DNA of 64,000 nucleotides, filler included, from Globobulimina sp. (GCA_003354225.1; 14 parts of 14 records of this genome joined end to end with filler, not necessarily neighbours in it); one strand, 5' to 3'; positions 11,500 through 23,612 are shown, counted from the first letter of the whole stretch. The notes: generated from the sequence alone by a model not told the origin. Numbers and translations: made by a program.

Positions 11500-13677
11500 T
11501 CATGATTTAAAATATATTGCAACTCTTAAAGTCAATGTTTCTAAATCTTTTAATAATTTCTGCTCAAAGAATCTAATATTTGCATCATTTCCAACCGATA
11601 AACGATAAAATGGCCAGTCATTTTTGATATAATTAATGTCATCAATAACTATACTAAATTGACCATCAATTGATCGCAATGGCATACTATTAATTTGTAA
11701 TTTAAATGATGTATATTCATCTGATGATTTTGTACGTATTCCAAATGAAAATTGAATAGTTTTTGTTTCTGTCAATTTATAACTAAATTCTTGTTCCGAT
11801 ATAATATATTTATCTTTTGGTCCCATTGTTAATGCTTTAAATTGATTCTCATTCAATACCCAAATATATTCATCCATAAATACAATATTTGAGATATTTA
11901 TTAATGAATTCAAAAATCCACTTAATACCATTTTATTTTCCATTTTAGATTTATCAAATAATATCAACTCATTTTGTAATGCATCCGATAACAATAAATA
12001 TTCAGATTCAATAATAAATATTTGTTTATTTTCTTGTTTTCCGAATTCATTCACCAAATTCCAAAACATTTGTTGTACGTAAAGAGGAATTTGAATATTA
12101 TCAATGATATCCTTTCCATTTCGAACATTATTATTAAAATTATAGTTAAATATCAATAAAAGTAATGCTCTCTCTCTCTTCTTTCTGTTTTTTGATTGTA
12201 AATATAATGTAAAATAATGGCCAGAAAATAATGACGACCATAAATTAAATGATAATATGAATAATGAAATATTAAAAACCTTTGAACCACCAAAATATTG
12301 TAAATCTATTATCTGTAAACCTCGAGCATATGCAAATAATCTCTCTCTTTCCTGTGGATAGTTTGATAACCATTCAACATTCATATATGAATCAGATTCG
12401 CCAGAAATCCCTTGCATTTTTAAGATAATGCCATCGCCGTCTTGACTAAATTGGTGACCTATTCTGTGCTCCACTGTTGTACTGATTGGACATAAAAACC
12501 ATGGTCTGAACGTATCAAATAATAATCGGATATTTAAACCGGTATAAAAAACATCTGTTTCTTTTGTAAATGTTCCATAAAATAATATACATTCATAAAA
12601 TAATTTATACCAATTACCAATTTCTTGATTTCTTTTTTTAAATTCATTAAATGACTCGTTATTTGTTAATGTTCTGCATCCATATTTTTTATATTTATAT
12701 TGTAATTTGGAATAATTGCAATACATTAAAAGTACTGCAATATGCGAGCATGATAATGGTAAACTAACTGGAATTTCATATCTATTATTTTCATTTCCAG
12801 CATTCATAGCTTTTAATTTTTTACCTTTTGATGAATTTTTTAATAAATATGCATTGGTAATAATTTGATTAAAAATATGTAATTCAATTTTATGAAACTT
12901 ATTATTTAAACATTCCTCTTTTAAATTGCTATATGATGCTCTTTCTACATATTCTCTATATCCTTTTGCACATTTCCAATAATATAACAGCCATTTCCCA
13001 AATGAAAACTTTGTAATATGGTCATTATCATTGCCAGTCACTCCAAAATTGTTTTTAATAATTTTAAGATAAAATTTGTTTTTATCAAATATATGTTGAA
13101 ATAAGTTTGAATTTTGAAGGGAATGACTTATATCTTGAACAAGTGCATCTGAATCATATTCTTGCTCTTTCAACGCAGTTAAACCAGCTTCAATTTCCAT
13201 AATTTGCATTTTTGATAAATTATTTTCTTTAAATTTGTCAAACAAATCATTCATTGAACGAGGTTCACTTTCTTTTTCTTTTTTATTTTCAGTGATTTCA
13301 TTTATAAATTTATTATATTTTCGATATTTCAATGAACGAATCTTAACCTTTTTCTTTTTATTTTCATGATTCAATATTTCAACTCTTTCATGATTGATAT
13401 AATTGTGAATTTTGCAGCATATATTTATTATTTCTGACTCTCTGTCATCCAATTTATTCAAATAAATATCTAACACATTATTATCACTCTTCTTCTCTTC
13501 GTTGTTATCGCGATAATTTGTCATCAATTTATTAATGCAAACCTCTCCATCTTCGGCCTCTTCATTATCATTTTTGCACACTTTTAAATATTGCAAATCC
13601 TTTATAGTTAATTCTAAATTTTTCATTTCAAAATAATCATTTAATAAATCCAAACAATTATAATTTTTCAATGAATG
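11500..13677 (-). CDS. Large 5'-truncated protein with an ADP-ribosyltransferase-like core and a MATH/TRAF-like C-terminus
   Basis: Intronless ORF of over 720 aa. FYTG...PISTT...GIIL...LSNYPQERERLF follows ART-fold motif order. The beta-rich C-terminal region (EYIWVL...SFKLQI...LTLRVAI) is MATH-like. Domain calls are inference. Confidence 0.65.
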   Translation of the reverse strand, partial: HSLKNYNCLDLLNDYFEMKNLELTIKDLQYLKVCKNDNEEAEDGEVCINKLMTNYRDNNEEKKSDNNVLDIYLNKLDDRESEIINICCKIHNYINHERVEILNHENKKKKVKIRSLKYRKYNKFINEITENKKEKESEPRSMNDLFDKFKENNLSKMQIMEIEAGLTALKEQEYDSDALVQDISHSLQNSNLFQHIFDKNKFYLKIIKNNFGVTGNDNDHITKFSFGKWLLYYWKCAKGYREYVERASYSNLKEECLNNKFHKIELHIFNQIITNAYLLKNSSKGKKLKAMNAGNENNRYEIPVSLPLSCSHIAVLLMYCNYSKLQYKYKKYGCRTLTNNESFNEFKKRNQEIGNWYKLFYECILFYGTFTKETDVFYTGLNIRLLFDTFRPWFLCPISTTVEHRIGHQFSQDGDGIILKMQGISGESDSYMNVEWLSNYPQERERLFAYARGLQIIDLQYFGGSKVFNISLFILSFNLWSSLFSGHYFTLYLQSKNRKKRERALLLLIFNYNFNNNVRNGKDIIDNIQIPLYVQQMFWNLVNEFGKQENKQIFIIESEYLLLSDALQNELILFDKSKMENKMVLSGFLNSLINISNIVFMDEYIWVLNENQFKALTMGPKDKYIISEQEFSYKLTETKTIQFSFGIRTKSSDEYTSFKLQINSMPLRSIDGQFSIVIDDINYIKNDWPFYRLSVGNDANIRFFEQKLLKDLETLTLRVAIYFKS

Positions 13678-13863
13678 NNNNNNNNNNNNNNNNNNNNNNN
13701 NNNNNNNNNNNNNNNNNNNNNTTAATTAATTAANNNNNNNNNNNNNNNNNNNNNNNNNNNNNNNNNNNNNNNNNNNNCATGAGCAAGCTGGAGAAGGCGG
13801 GCTATGTCGAGGTCGAGAAGGAGTTTGTGGACAAAAAACAGTGTCTTTGGCAGTCAAACTGAA

Positions 13864-14418
13864 ATGGGTTGTTTTTTGTCTAACACAGGAACTGAAAGCG
13901 ATGGTTATGATCAAGTTGCAACCGTTAGTACTCCTCCTGTTGATGAAGAAATTGAAATGAAGTATGATAAATTACAAATAGAATATGAAAATAAATGTAA
14001 AGAGTATGATATATTGGAAAGGAAATGTGACTTATATAATGAAAACAATTTATTACAAAATGAATCAAACGTTGTAGAAAAATATTCGTCTTTAAAGAGT
14101 GATTATGATGAAGTGTTAACTCAATTCGAGGAACTTAAATCAATGGACGCTACTCGTTCGCACAAATTAGAGAAAATATATCAAAAGGAATATGAAAAAT
14201 TACTTCAAGAATTTACAGAATATAAACAAACACAAACACAAACAGACAATGATAAAGGAAATAAAATTGAAGAGTTAGAGATGCAAGAATTAAAAAAAAA
14301 TAATGAGTTTTTGAAAAAGAATCAATCTCAAATGCAGGAAATATATGAGGGAGAATACGAGAAATTATTAAACGAGTTTCAAGAATACAAACAACAATTT
14401 CCTGCTAATCAAACTTAA
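13864..14418 (+). CDS. Predicted myristoylated/palmitoylated coiled-coil protein
   Basis: Starts MGCFLS; heptad-rich; internal repeat IYQKEYEKLLQEFTEYKQ / IYEGEYEKLLNEFQEYKQ. Confidence 0.7.
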   Translation: MGCFLSNTGTESDGYDQVATVSTPPVDEEIEMKYDKLQIEYENKCKEYDILERKCDLYNENNLLQNESNVVEKYSSLKSDYDEVLTQFEELKSMDATRSHKLEKIYQKEYEKLLQEFTEYKQTQTQTDNDKGNKIEELEMQELKKNNEFLKKNQSQMQEIYEGEYEKLLNEFQEYKQQFPANQT

Positions 14419-14634
14419 TTCTGTTTATAATTATAAATTAATGTCAATTGTATCTACTTTTATATCTAATTAATAACGCAGCGAAATTCCATTATAAATC
14501 AGAGTGTTTTTTCTGTATATTCAGATCTGTTTATGTACAAAGCTTTGAACTGGATCAAAGCAGAAGACGAGATCATGATATTTAGACGTACGTATAATGT
14601 TAAATAAATAAACTAACTTTCTCATTCAATTAGT

Positions 14635-16281
14635 TCAATATACTCGAAAATTAAATGTTTTGACATAGGTCAATTGTTTCTGATTTTTTACTTGCTTGAT
14701 TTTATCATTGACATATTTTGTAATACTCACTGCTTTTGAGGACCAGGAGCCTTTACCGAACTCAAATTCTCCACCGGGACAAGACAATACAATGTGAATC
14801 ACGTCGCCTTCATCATCTTTCAAAAAATTAAAAATTTCCTGAATCACTACCTTTTGTCCTTCACAGAGAGGATTGAGCACTGCTTGCGATTTCACCATAA
14901 AATCATTAAAATTAAAAACACACTGAATCACTGCATCACAAATAATATCTCTTACTGTATCAGGCAATAAATCAAATTGATTCTCTGCAAATGGAGTAAA
15001 ATACAAAAGAGTCATCTTATTATTATTGGCAAACAATTCCATCAACATTTTCCAAATATTTTCAACTTCAATCGACTCAAATTCTACCCAGCCACACCTA
15101 AAAAATTCTATCTGTTTACATTTGCGATTTATTATTTTCACCAATTTCTTCAAATCATCTAAACACCAACAAACATATCCATCCAAGGTAATAAATTCTA
15201 CTCTTTTCTGAGCTGCAATCAACGCCAATAAATCATCGGTTTTCCCAAATGCTTCTCGATCAGGTCTCATTTCGTGACCTTCTATGCTTAATTGCTGCAA
15301 ATGTTTTACTTTATTTGCTAGTCCTCTCAGTAACGCATTTTGCAGTGCTGGAGTGAATATTCGTTGTTCAAGACGCACACAATAAAGATCAGATTGTGAG
15401 GTTATAACATTATGCAATAATTCAAACAACATATCAGAAAAAGGTTCATCTATAACATCAATATAATGCTGCAAACAATCACCAATACCAAACGCTAATC
15501 GCTCAATAGAGAGTCCTTTGCTATCCCTCAATGAAATACATGTTAACAAATGCTTAGTGGCCTCCAAATAGGACCTCATTTGACTATCATTAGCCACATA
15601 CTGATAAGGACCCCAATATCTTAAATTTACATCGACATCTCTGATCTTGCACGCATTCTCAATGAAGGATGAAAATCCAGAGTAGTCGAATGATGAATAA
15701 AATACATCGTCAATTGGGATAAACAACACAGTCAATGCTTGATATGTATCAGCTTGAAAGGACTCAATGTAACCCTTTCTAATATTAAATGTCTGTGGGT
15801 ACACTCTTCCTCCGTCCATATCTTCAATGCGAAATTCTGTCAGTTTTGGTAATTTGGATGCTACATAAAAAAAATTGCGAATAATTGCAGCAGATATTGG
15901 TTTTTCATTTTTCGATGGAATAAACACAATAACAATGGATAGCACGCTCCAAAATGTCAATGGAGAGAGTAAAATATCCGTTAATAATTCGAGCATTGCT
16001 CCAGATGGAATACATTGCGTGTTGGTAATGGATGAGTATGCGTTGCGATGACTAAAATGCTGGCGAATTTCTTTTATGTTTTGCTTCTTAATTTGGTGTT
16101 TCTCGATTTTGTTCATGTCAACATTCAGTGCAACGGGAATAGTTATTTTTCGTTGACATTGAGATTTATGGTATTTCCAACCTGATCTTTGACAGTTGGC
16201 ATTGCAATAATAAGCATCTCTACATCGACTGCATTTCAATTTTACGTTGTTTGCCTTGCAGTGATTGCAAACATTTGCCAT
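14635..16281 (-). CDS. MYND zinc-finger protein with LRR-like C-terminal region
   Basis: CNHC...CSRC...YYCNANCQRSGWKYHKSQC is a MYND finger; LxxLxL-like repeats follow. Confidence 0.88.
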   Translation of the reverse strand: MANVCNHCKANNVKLKCSRCRDAYYCNANCQRSGWKYHKSQCQRKITIPVALNVDMNKIEKHQIKKQNIKEIRQHFSHRNAYSSITNTQCIPSGAMLELLTDILLSPLTFWSVLSIVIVFIPSKNEKPISAAIIRNFFYVASKLPKLTEFRIEDMDGGRVYPQTFNIRKGYIESFQADTYQALTVLFIPIDDVFYSSFDYSGFSSFIENACKIRDVDVNLRYWGPYQYVANDSQMRSYLEATKHLLTCISLRDSKGLSIERLAFGIGDCLQHYIDVIDEPFSDMLFELLHNVITSQSDLYCVRLEQRIFTPALQNALLRGLANKVKHLQQLSIEGHEMRPDREAFGKTDDLLALIAAQKRVEFITLDGYVCWCLDDLKKLVKIINRKCKQIEFFRCGWVEFESIEVENIWKMLMELFANNNKMTLLYFTPFAENQFDLLPDTVRDIICDAVIQCVFNFNDFMVKSQAVLNPLCEGQKVVIQEIFNFLKDDEGDVIHIVLSCPGGEFEFGKGSWSSKAVSITKYVNDKIKQVKNQKQLTYVKTFNFRVY

Positions 16282-16481
16282 GGCTAGCGACTGTAACTAA
16301 TAGTTTTTTGAAGAGATTTAGTGGAGTCCTAAACTGAAATAATACCGTCGTGGTGAAATGCAGTTTGCATTATAGTTCACCATTTAATGGAATAATCATT
16401 ATCCATTAAAAAACTCTGGTGATTTGATAATTATTTTCCAATAAGACGCGAATTTGCGCACAGCTCACAATAACAAATCAA

Positions 16482-18267
16482 ATGAATATACATTTATTCA
16501 ATATATTATTATCAATATCATTATGTACCATTACTACATCCACCATAACTAACAACCAATTAATCAAAGACTATACATATTATTTCGAAACCCATCGATA
16601 CAATTTCCACTTTGATTTTGATTATGATTTATCTGCCGATAACAATATAATTTCAAATCAAGACCTAAATAGCAACAAAATCGATATTTCTCTCGACAAC
16701 ATAATCATAAACGTACTATTCTTCGTCAATACCTCTTCATACATCTTCAATATAAACAGCAACCTCTCCTTAAACTATGATTACGATCCGGATTGGAATG
16801 AAATACAAACTTTAGTACTAACATCCCCTTCAAAACAGAATCTAAACCCAACAGACAACCACAACGACTATGAATATGTACCTCTAGATTTAAATCATAT
16901 CAATGATGAATACACCGACAACCCTTCACATTCAAATATGACTTCACGTCGCCGACTCTACCAACAAAGCACTAAACATGGCCGATTCATCGGGGTGAAG
17001 CATCCCAGGCAGTTCCACGACGCCGAGCGAGTCTGTCGCCATAGATACGGTGGCGAATTAGCCGCTGTTCGTAACTCGCGCGAGAATATACAATTATACT
17101 CACTATGCAAGGTGTTATCGCGTGGGCGAAGGAGAGCGTGTTGGATTGGTTTACGTCGGCCATACAAACAATGGACGGATGGGAGAAGCGTATCCTATAA
17201 AAAATGGTCGCGAGGCCAGCCTGACAACGCAGGCCGGAAAGAATCGTGTACGGAGATGTGGGGCGGTGGCCGATGGAACGATAATCGCTGTCGAGTGACC
17301 AGTCCATTTATCTGTGAAACTGCCAGAATTCGAAAGAAAAATAAGTTTGTCGCAGTTGGCATGGCATTGGACTGGGACAATGCCAATGAATATTGTCATC
17401 GACGCTTTGGTATACTAAAAAATACATATTTTGCCATAAAAACGCGTTTTCACGCTATATAACAATATATACACAGGCACTGAGTTAGCCACTGTGACCT
17501 CGTCACGGCATAACAGCGATGTTCGTACCGCGTGCAATAGAGTGGCACGTCGCGGATCGTGCTGGGTTGGCTTAGAAAGGTACTGTATACCGCACATAGT
17601 GCACACTTATAACTGTATACAATTTGTAATGTTTTAGACCATTTAAGAAGTGGCAGGATGGGAAGAAAGTACGTTATAAATATTGGCAACGGGGCGAACC
17701 AAACAACGCAGGCACCGGCGAATCGTGCACGGAAATCTATCACACGCGGCGTTGGAACGACTTGCCGTGTCGTATTGGCAGGTTTTTCGTGTGTAACTAC
17801 AAAGGCACAGACAACCACAACAAACGGCGTACGCGTCGGCGTAGTAAAAGTAGCAAACCATACAAATGGAAAGGCTGCTATAAGGACACAGGGCGCCGTG
17901 CGTTGCGCCATGGTCCTCATAACTGGCATTACAGCGTAGATAAATGTTACCGTACCTGCAAGAGCAAAAAGTACAAATACTTTGCATTGCAAGCCGGTTC
18001 GTGGTGTTCTTGTGAGAACAGCTGGTCACATGCCACTAAATACGGGCGCGGTGGAGGCTGTCCACGGTCGCGTAAAGGCGCTGGATGGAGGAACGATGTA
18101 TTTGAGATCCGATCGCGACGCAGGAAAAAACGACGCCGACCTTCACGACGCTCAAAAAAGCGACGCAAACGTAAGCGTTCACGGCCACGGTCACGGTCTA
18201 AACGGTCTCGTAAGCGGCGTAGACGTAGACGGGAGCGATGGAAATGCAGTAGATTGAGTTTTGCGGA
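16482..18267 (+). CDS. Secreted protein with two C-type lectin domains, a WSC domain and an Arg/Ser-rich tail (3'-truncated, 3 exons)
   Basis: Signal peptide; CWIGL...GQPDN...ESC...WND and CWVGL...GEPNN...ESC...WND; WSC motif GCYKD...CYRTC...YFALQAGSWCSC. Introns 17410-17476 and 17580-17637 keep the frame. Confidence 0.88.
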
Positions 18268-18479
18268 NNNNNNNNNNNNNNNNNNNNNNNNNNNNNNNNN
18301 NNNNNNNNNNNTTAATTAATTAANNNNNNNNNNNNNNNNNNNNNNNNNNNNNNNNNNNNNNNNNNNNGAGGCAATAGAGTGAGGACTATTTATTAATCCA
18401 CGCTGCTGGCAAGCAATCCTCTTAGACATAAGTAGACTTGAAATGTAACGGTCTCGAAAAAAACTTAGTTGGGCATAGT

Positions 18480-18932
18480 CTAATGTTGACAACATATCAT
18501 CACTTTGCCATCGCGCAATAATCTGTTTTTCATATAGCCGTCAATATCAATATCTTCAGCAGGAATTTCAATGTTTTCGAAAGGAGTCAAAAAATTACCA
18601 CCAGCAAATTTAATTTGGTGATCATGCATTGAGTACGAGCTGTCAATTTTTCCTAAAACACTGATTGAACCAGTCTCCCAATAATGAATAATTGTTTCTG
18701 ATAGTAATGGCGGTGCCGGCGATGTTAATAAATCTCTGTTAATTGCATAAATATCAGATTTACTGATTGCAAATACAAAGCAACTCAAACCAATGAGTGA
18801 AATGATTGCAATTGAAATGATTGAAATGAGCAATGTAATTCGACCACGTCTTACTTGTTTCAGTTTTTCTTTATCTGCGTTTTTTGCAATTGATAAATCT
18901 GAAATTGATAAAATGGTATCTTTTTCTGTCAT
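18480..18932 (-). CDS. Type II membrane protein, 3' end uncertain
   Basis: 150-aa ORF with one TM (LLISIISIAIISLIGLSCFVFAI) near the contig edge. Confidence 0.55.
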   Translation of the reverse strand: MTEKDTILSISDLSIAKNADKEKLKQVRRGRITLLISIISIAIISLIGLSCFVFAISKSDIYAINRDLLTSPAPPLLSETIIHYWETGSISVLGKIDSSYSMHDHQIKFAGGNFLTPFENIEIPAEDIDIDGYMKNRLLRDGKVMICCQH

Positions 18933-19172
18933 TATTTTGTTTGTTTCAATTAAATGATCGTTTGTATAACGTTTGACACAAAAAGGAAAGAGATTAAATT
19001 AAAGTGATTGATATTTTTAGTAATGATTTTTATAAAAAAATATAAAAGCGTTGATTCTGAGATTATGAATTGATTTGATACCAATAACTCATATTCGATG
19101 ACATGGATTTTCTGGTACCACCATATAAAATATATTTACGTTATAAAATCGAGATTCATTGCATGTGTGCAA

Positions 19173-19359
19173 ATCTGTCTGCTCTTTTGTGTGGGGTGGG
19201 CTCTGTCTGCTTTTTTGTCTGTGGTGTGGGGTGTGTTCTGGCGTCAAAAAGTGATTACACATATGTACGAGTCAACCAATCAGAAAAAAGCATATGTACG
19301 AGTCACATATGTTATTTTTAGAGTTTAGGTTAGACGACACACACAAAAGCAGACAGAGC
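19173..19359. repeat. Composite inverted/direct repeat, possibly MITE-like
   Basis: 15-bp inverted repeat GCTCTGTCTGCTTTT (19200-19214 and 19345-19359), an extra direct copy at about 19174, and an internal duplicate CATATGTACGAGTCA. Confidence 0.6.
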
Positions 19360-19518
19360 ATTTTATGTACATTGCAGTAGAATTCTACAATACATTTATT
19401 GATGGCTGAATTTCACGAATAAATCCAAATATTAACAACTGTTCTCTGACATGCTCACCGTGCGACATTAACAAGAGTCTAGAGTCAGAACTTCAAAACA
19501 TTACTTTTTCGCAAAACC

Positions 19519-21382
19519 ATGTATCCCAATCAAATACACAACAACAACAACAAGTTTCAAGAGGAAGAAGAGGAACCATCTTTACAATATGTTGTCCAAT
19601 CTGACGCATCTCCTTTGCCAGAGCCAGAAGAGCATGCATCGATTGAAATAAGTGTTGAAGCAGCTGTTGAAATATCTGATCACTTTGATTTACCAAAAAA
19701 TATATCAAATAATACAATCGTAATAAATGAGGTTCCATATCATAAATCTGTACCTAATCAATGGCGGAAACAATGCAAAAAACACGTTAATATATCTTAT
19801 TTTTTAATCTTTAACGTTGTAAACCTGCACAGTTTGAAGAGTTTTGGAGGGATTATTTTTATATGTTATTCGATGATTTGAATTCAAAATACCATCAACG
19901 ATTTGTCGAGCTACAACTTGATGATATTCGTTGTATACCTTTTCTGAACGAAAAACATTTATTAATGTTTGTCCATATGATCACCAGCGACGCGCAGAGA
20001 GCCATGCAACTGATCCAAAGATTCAATCAAAATAAAGACATAGTTTCGTTTATTTTTCTATTATTGAGCATGCAAACAACTTTATACATGTTTTTGTGCA
20101 TTTGTATACACTCAGTTTTTTGGCTGGGTATCAAACACATGTCAATGTCCCAAATATGTTTCCAATTTTGCAGATGCCGGCATTTTAACATGGAACATCT
20201 TTGCAAAAGAAATCGTAGCTAAGTCCGATTTAAACGATATTATTCCAGAAAATCAAAAGAATAATAACTTTGATAGGAAAATGTTGTGGAGGAATGTACC
20301 CAAAGATGTGTGGGATTATTATCAAATCGATCGGAAGAGTACAATCAGTAAACGACACGAATTGGCATCCTTTTCGCCGTCGCCGTTGTCGATTAAAACC
20401 GACAATTTGGCGCCTGATATTTCGTGGAATAAAAGCAATGAAACACCGCAGAGGTTTGTGGAAATATTGTGGATTTTTTTTATTATATTGTTACTGATAT
20501 TTGATATTGTGGTTGCTGTACTAATCGGTTATATTTATTTTATTGATGCTGATGTTCCCAAAGAACTGGATATTATGCCATATCTACTGAGCAATGTGCT
20601 GAATCCGATGCATTTTATGATACAGTTATTGTTGATATTAGCATGGATGGAATGGGTAGTATTTGTTAAACATAATAAATGCACAAAATACATACGATGG
20701 GTTATCGTCGTGGTGTTACTCGTGGCTGTTTTCATTGTAATTTTCTTTTTAATGTTTGATGTTTTTATACATTTTACACAGTCAAACCATAGGTTTATTT
20801 TGTATATTGATGAGATTCAAAGAAGTAAATTGTATCACAATGCATGGCTTATTTTGAATGGTGCTGCATTTGTGATTATATTAATTGTTATTGGCTGCAT
20901 GTCAGCCTTTAAAATAATGAAAAAAAACATTAAACATTTGGCCTTACTAAAAGTGGGAGAAAAAACAATTGTGACAAACCTGGAGAAAAATAGTGGTGTA
21001 TGTTGCTGTAAATTGTTTAGTTATTTGTCGTTGACTGTTGTAAAATATTTGTTATTGACGATATTGATCAGTATGTTAATGTTTACGCAAACTGCAATAT
21101 GGTTATATTTGAGATATATCAAAAGTGCAAAAACGATAAATTATGAAATCATTATTTTTGCTTCAGATATGTTATGTGTTTTATTTGGCATTTTATTAGT
21201 ATGTTATTTGAAAAAACAAAGAACAAATTATGAAAAAATTGAAGAAATGCATCACAGCAAAAGAAGATTCAGTCCACAGCTATCTGAGGTACGTATTTTG
21301 TTTTTATATATCTGACAATGGTCAAATATTAAAACGTTAACAGGACGGATCTGGTTTCTTTAATAATACACCAATGTTATAA
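19519..21382 (+). CDS. Multi-pass membrane protein with N-terminal SAM-like repeats (4 exons)
   Basis: Introns 19786-19832, 20043-20115 and 21289-21343 join three ORFs and a terminal exon in frame. YHQRFVELQLDDIRCI and YVSNFADAGILT are SAM-like; about 6 hydrophobic helices follow. Confidence 0.7.
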
Positions 21383-21728
21383 TTATAAATTATTGTAAAT
21401 TATTCGTTAATGGAGAGACAATTGTAAAATTTAAATTTTTGTGATGGTAAAGTTTATTGAAATGTATTATTAAATGAATTAATTATATAAAAGTATATTA
21501 AGTGTTTCATTCAAATGCAACAAACATGGCAAGTTTCGAACAAATATTAACATAAACATTCAATTTGCTTAATTTAACTTTGACGAATACGGTATTTATA
21601 TAGATATCCTGTGTTTGGATGGAAACATCACAATTTTGAATTGAAGTTTGTCTTATTTTAATTTTTATCAAAATGCAAAAACTTTATCTTCAAAACTTTT
21701 TCTTCGACACATTCTCTAATCGACAACA

Positions 21729-22429
21729 ATGGCTACAGACGCTACAGACGCTGCAGATATTGTGGCAATCGATGGAGTGCAACCTCATCTGCAAGGTCTA
21801 GATCTGCAACACGAGCAAGGTCAGCAATTTACTCCAAAACAATTGTGTTTTATGCAAATATGCTGTGCGCTGCTTGGTAACGTCGTGTATGTGCATGTTC
21901 ATATTGGATACTTATATATATATCGTACTGTGCAAGGATAACAACGTTTGGATACATATAAAATAGCAACATCTGCGCATTGGTGTTTATAAACGAGACT
22001 GAAAAGGATAATGAGTGCCCCCTTGAAGATGATATATGTTCCATGGACTGTCCAGGGGCCAATTATTTGATGGATCCAACTTTATTTATTCAAATTGGCT
22101 CATACTCAATGATGGCAATATCACTTGTTAGCTTATTTACACATTTTGTAGTTTGTCCACCAGAGCCAGAATACCCTCAGGTTCCCACACCAAAGCAATT
22201 AATGTTAAGATCATTTGTTGTGATTTTCTCAATTATGTGGTCGGCCATCGGTTTAGTAATTAATGGACAATTAATAAATGAATGCAAAAACACTCCAAAA
22301 GGTAAAATGGTATTTGCTTGGTCTATTATACAATGCGTTAATGGCATTCTTAGATATTGCGGAGTGTGCACTAAAATCAATGCAAGAAGACTCATAAATC
22401 GCGACACTGAAATTCAAGCACCAGTTTGA
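21729..22429 (+). CDS. Small multi-pass membrane protein (about 4 TM, 2 exons)
   Basis: Intron 21887-21966 restores the frame; hydrophobic helices with Cys-containing loops. Confidence 0.65.
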
Positions 22430-22662
22430 TGTCTGTGTGTTTTGTCACTTTTGTGTTTGTGAATAATTAATTGTAGAGTTGCAAAAAATATGTATTCAAT
22501 TTTGAATTTTCTCCATTTTTTGATTGATTTGGCTCTATTCGTAAAAACGAAAACGTTTTTTACACGAAAATTAGTGACGTGAAACATTATTGGGTAAATG
22601 TAGAGTTGATATAAAAAAAAAGGGATAAAAAAATCTGTTCAGTTCAGTTCAGTTCAGTTCTA

Positions 22663-22851
22663 TCATTGTTGAGCGAGCTGAATTGTTTCCTTCAATGCTA
22701 AAATAATATCAATTATTTGTTGTTTCTGTAAGTGTTGATTTGCTCTGATTACTTCCGTATGTTCTTTCATAATAATCGCATTTTCCAAATCAGATTGAGG
22801 CAAATTACTCGGCTCAATATTAAGAGATTTGATTTCATTTAACACCACTTT
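22663..22851 (-). CDS. 3' fragment of an unknown protein
   Basis: ORF open from the linker. Confidence 0.35.
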   Translation of the reverse strand, partial: KVVLNEIKSLNIEPSNLPQSDLENAIIMKEHTEVIRANQHLQKQQIIDIILALKETIQLAQQ

Positions 22852-22951
22852 NNNNNNNNNNNNNNNNNNNNNNNNNNNNNNNNNNNNNNNNNNNNTTAAT
22901 TAATTAANNNNNNNNNNNNNNNNNNNNNNNNNNNNNNNNNNNNNNNNNNNN

Positions 22952-23612
22952 TACATATAAAGTGATGCTTCCAATGACAAGATCTTCCAGACCAATGGAG
23001 ACTGCGGCCGCTTTCACACATAAACTATTCGTTGCATTTTCTGAAAACAATGTGCATATTTCATAAACGTTTCCATTAAAATACCAATGGCCTTCGAGAA
23101 CGGACGGAATCACATTGTATGCCCAAAATGAGAGGGAAACCAAGAAATTCACAGTAAATATAAGTAAAAATGTATATAAATGACCGGTGGACATTTCGCA
23201 GTGGGAACCGCGGAATGTGACATAAATTCGGTAAATATATAGATAATGAAGCCTATATAGTATGTATTATAGATTTTGTAGAGGAATATATTTTATAATA
23301 TATATATATAAGATACCAATATTTGGCAATAAAATAACACATGAAATTTGAGGAATATATGGCTGAGCATAATTTACGATTTAAAGTGAATACAATATTA
23401 GTCCGAAGGAATAACCATTCAAAACATGCAAAACCATTGAAAACATAAACTAAAATGCATGCTAAAATAAATATTTTGCCTTTAGTTGAATCTAACACTT
23501 CTGATTTGTAATAACGAATTATACTCAAAACAAATGCAACATGGGCCAATAAACCTATTGCTCCGCATATTATCATAGCTAATGTCCATTCTGTTGGAAT
23601 AATGGGTGACAT
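22952..23612 (-). CDS. GPCR-like multi-pass membrane protein, 3'-truncated
   Basis: TM1-4 with a Cys before TM3 and YRIYVTF after TM3; intron 23253-23316 is in frame. Confidence 0.65.
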
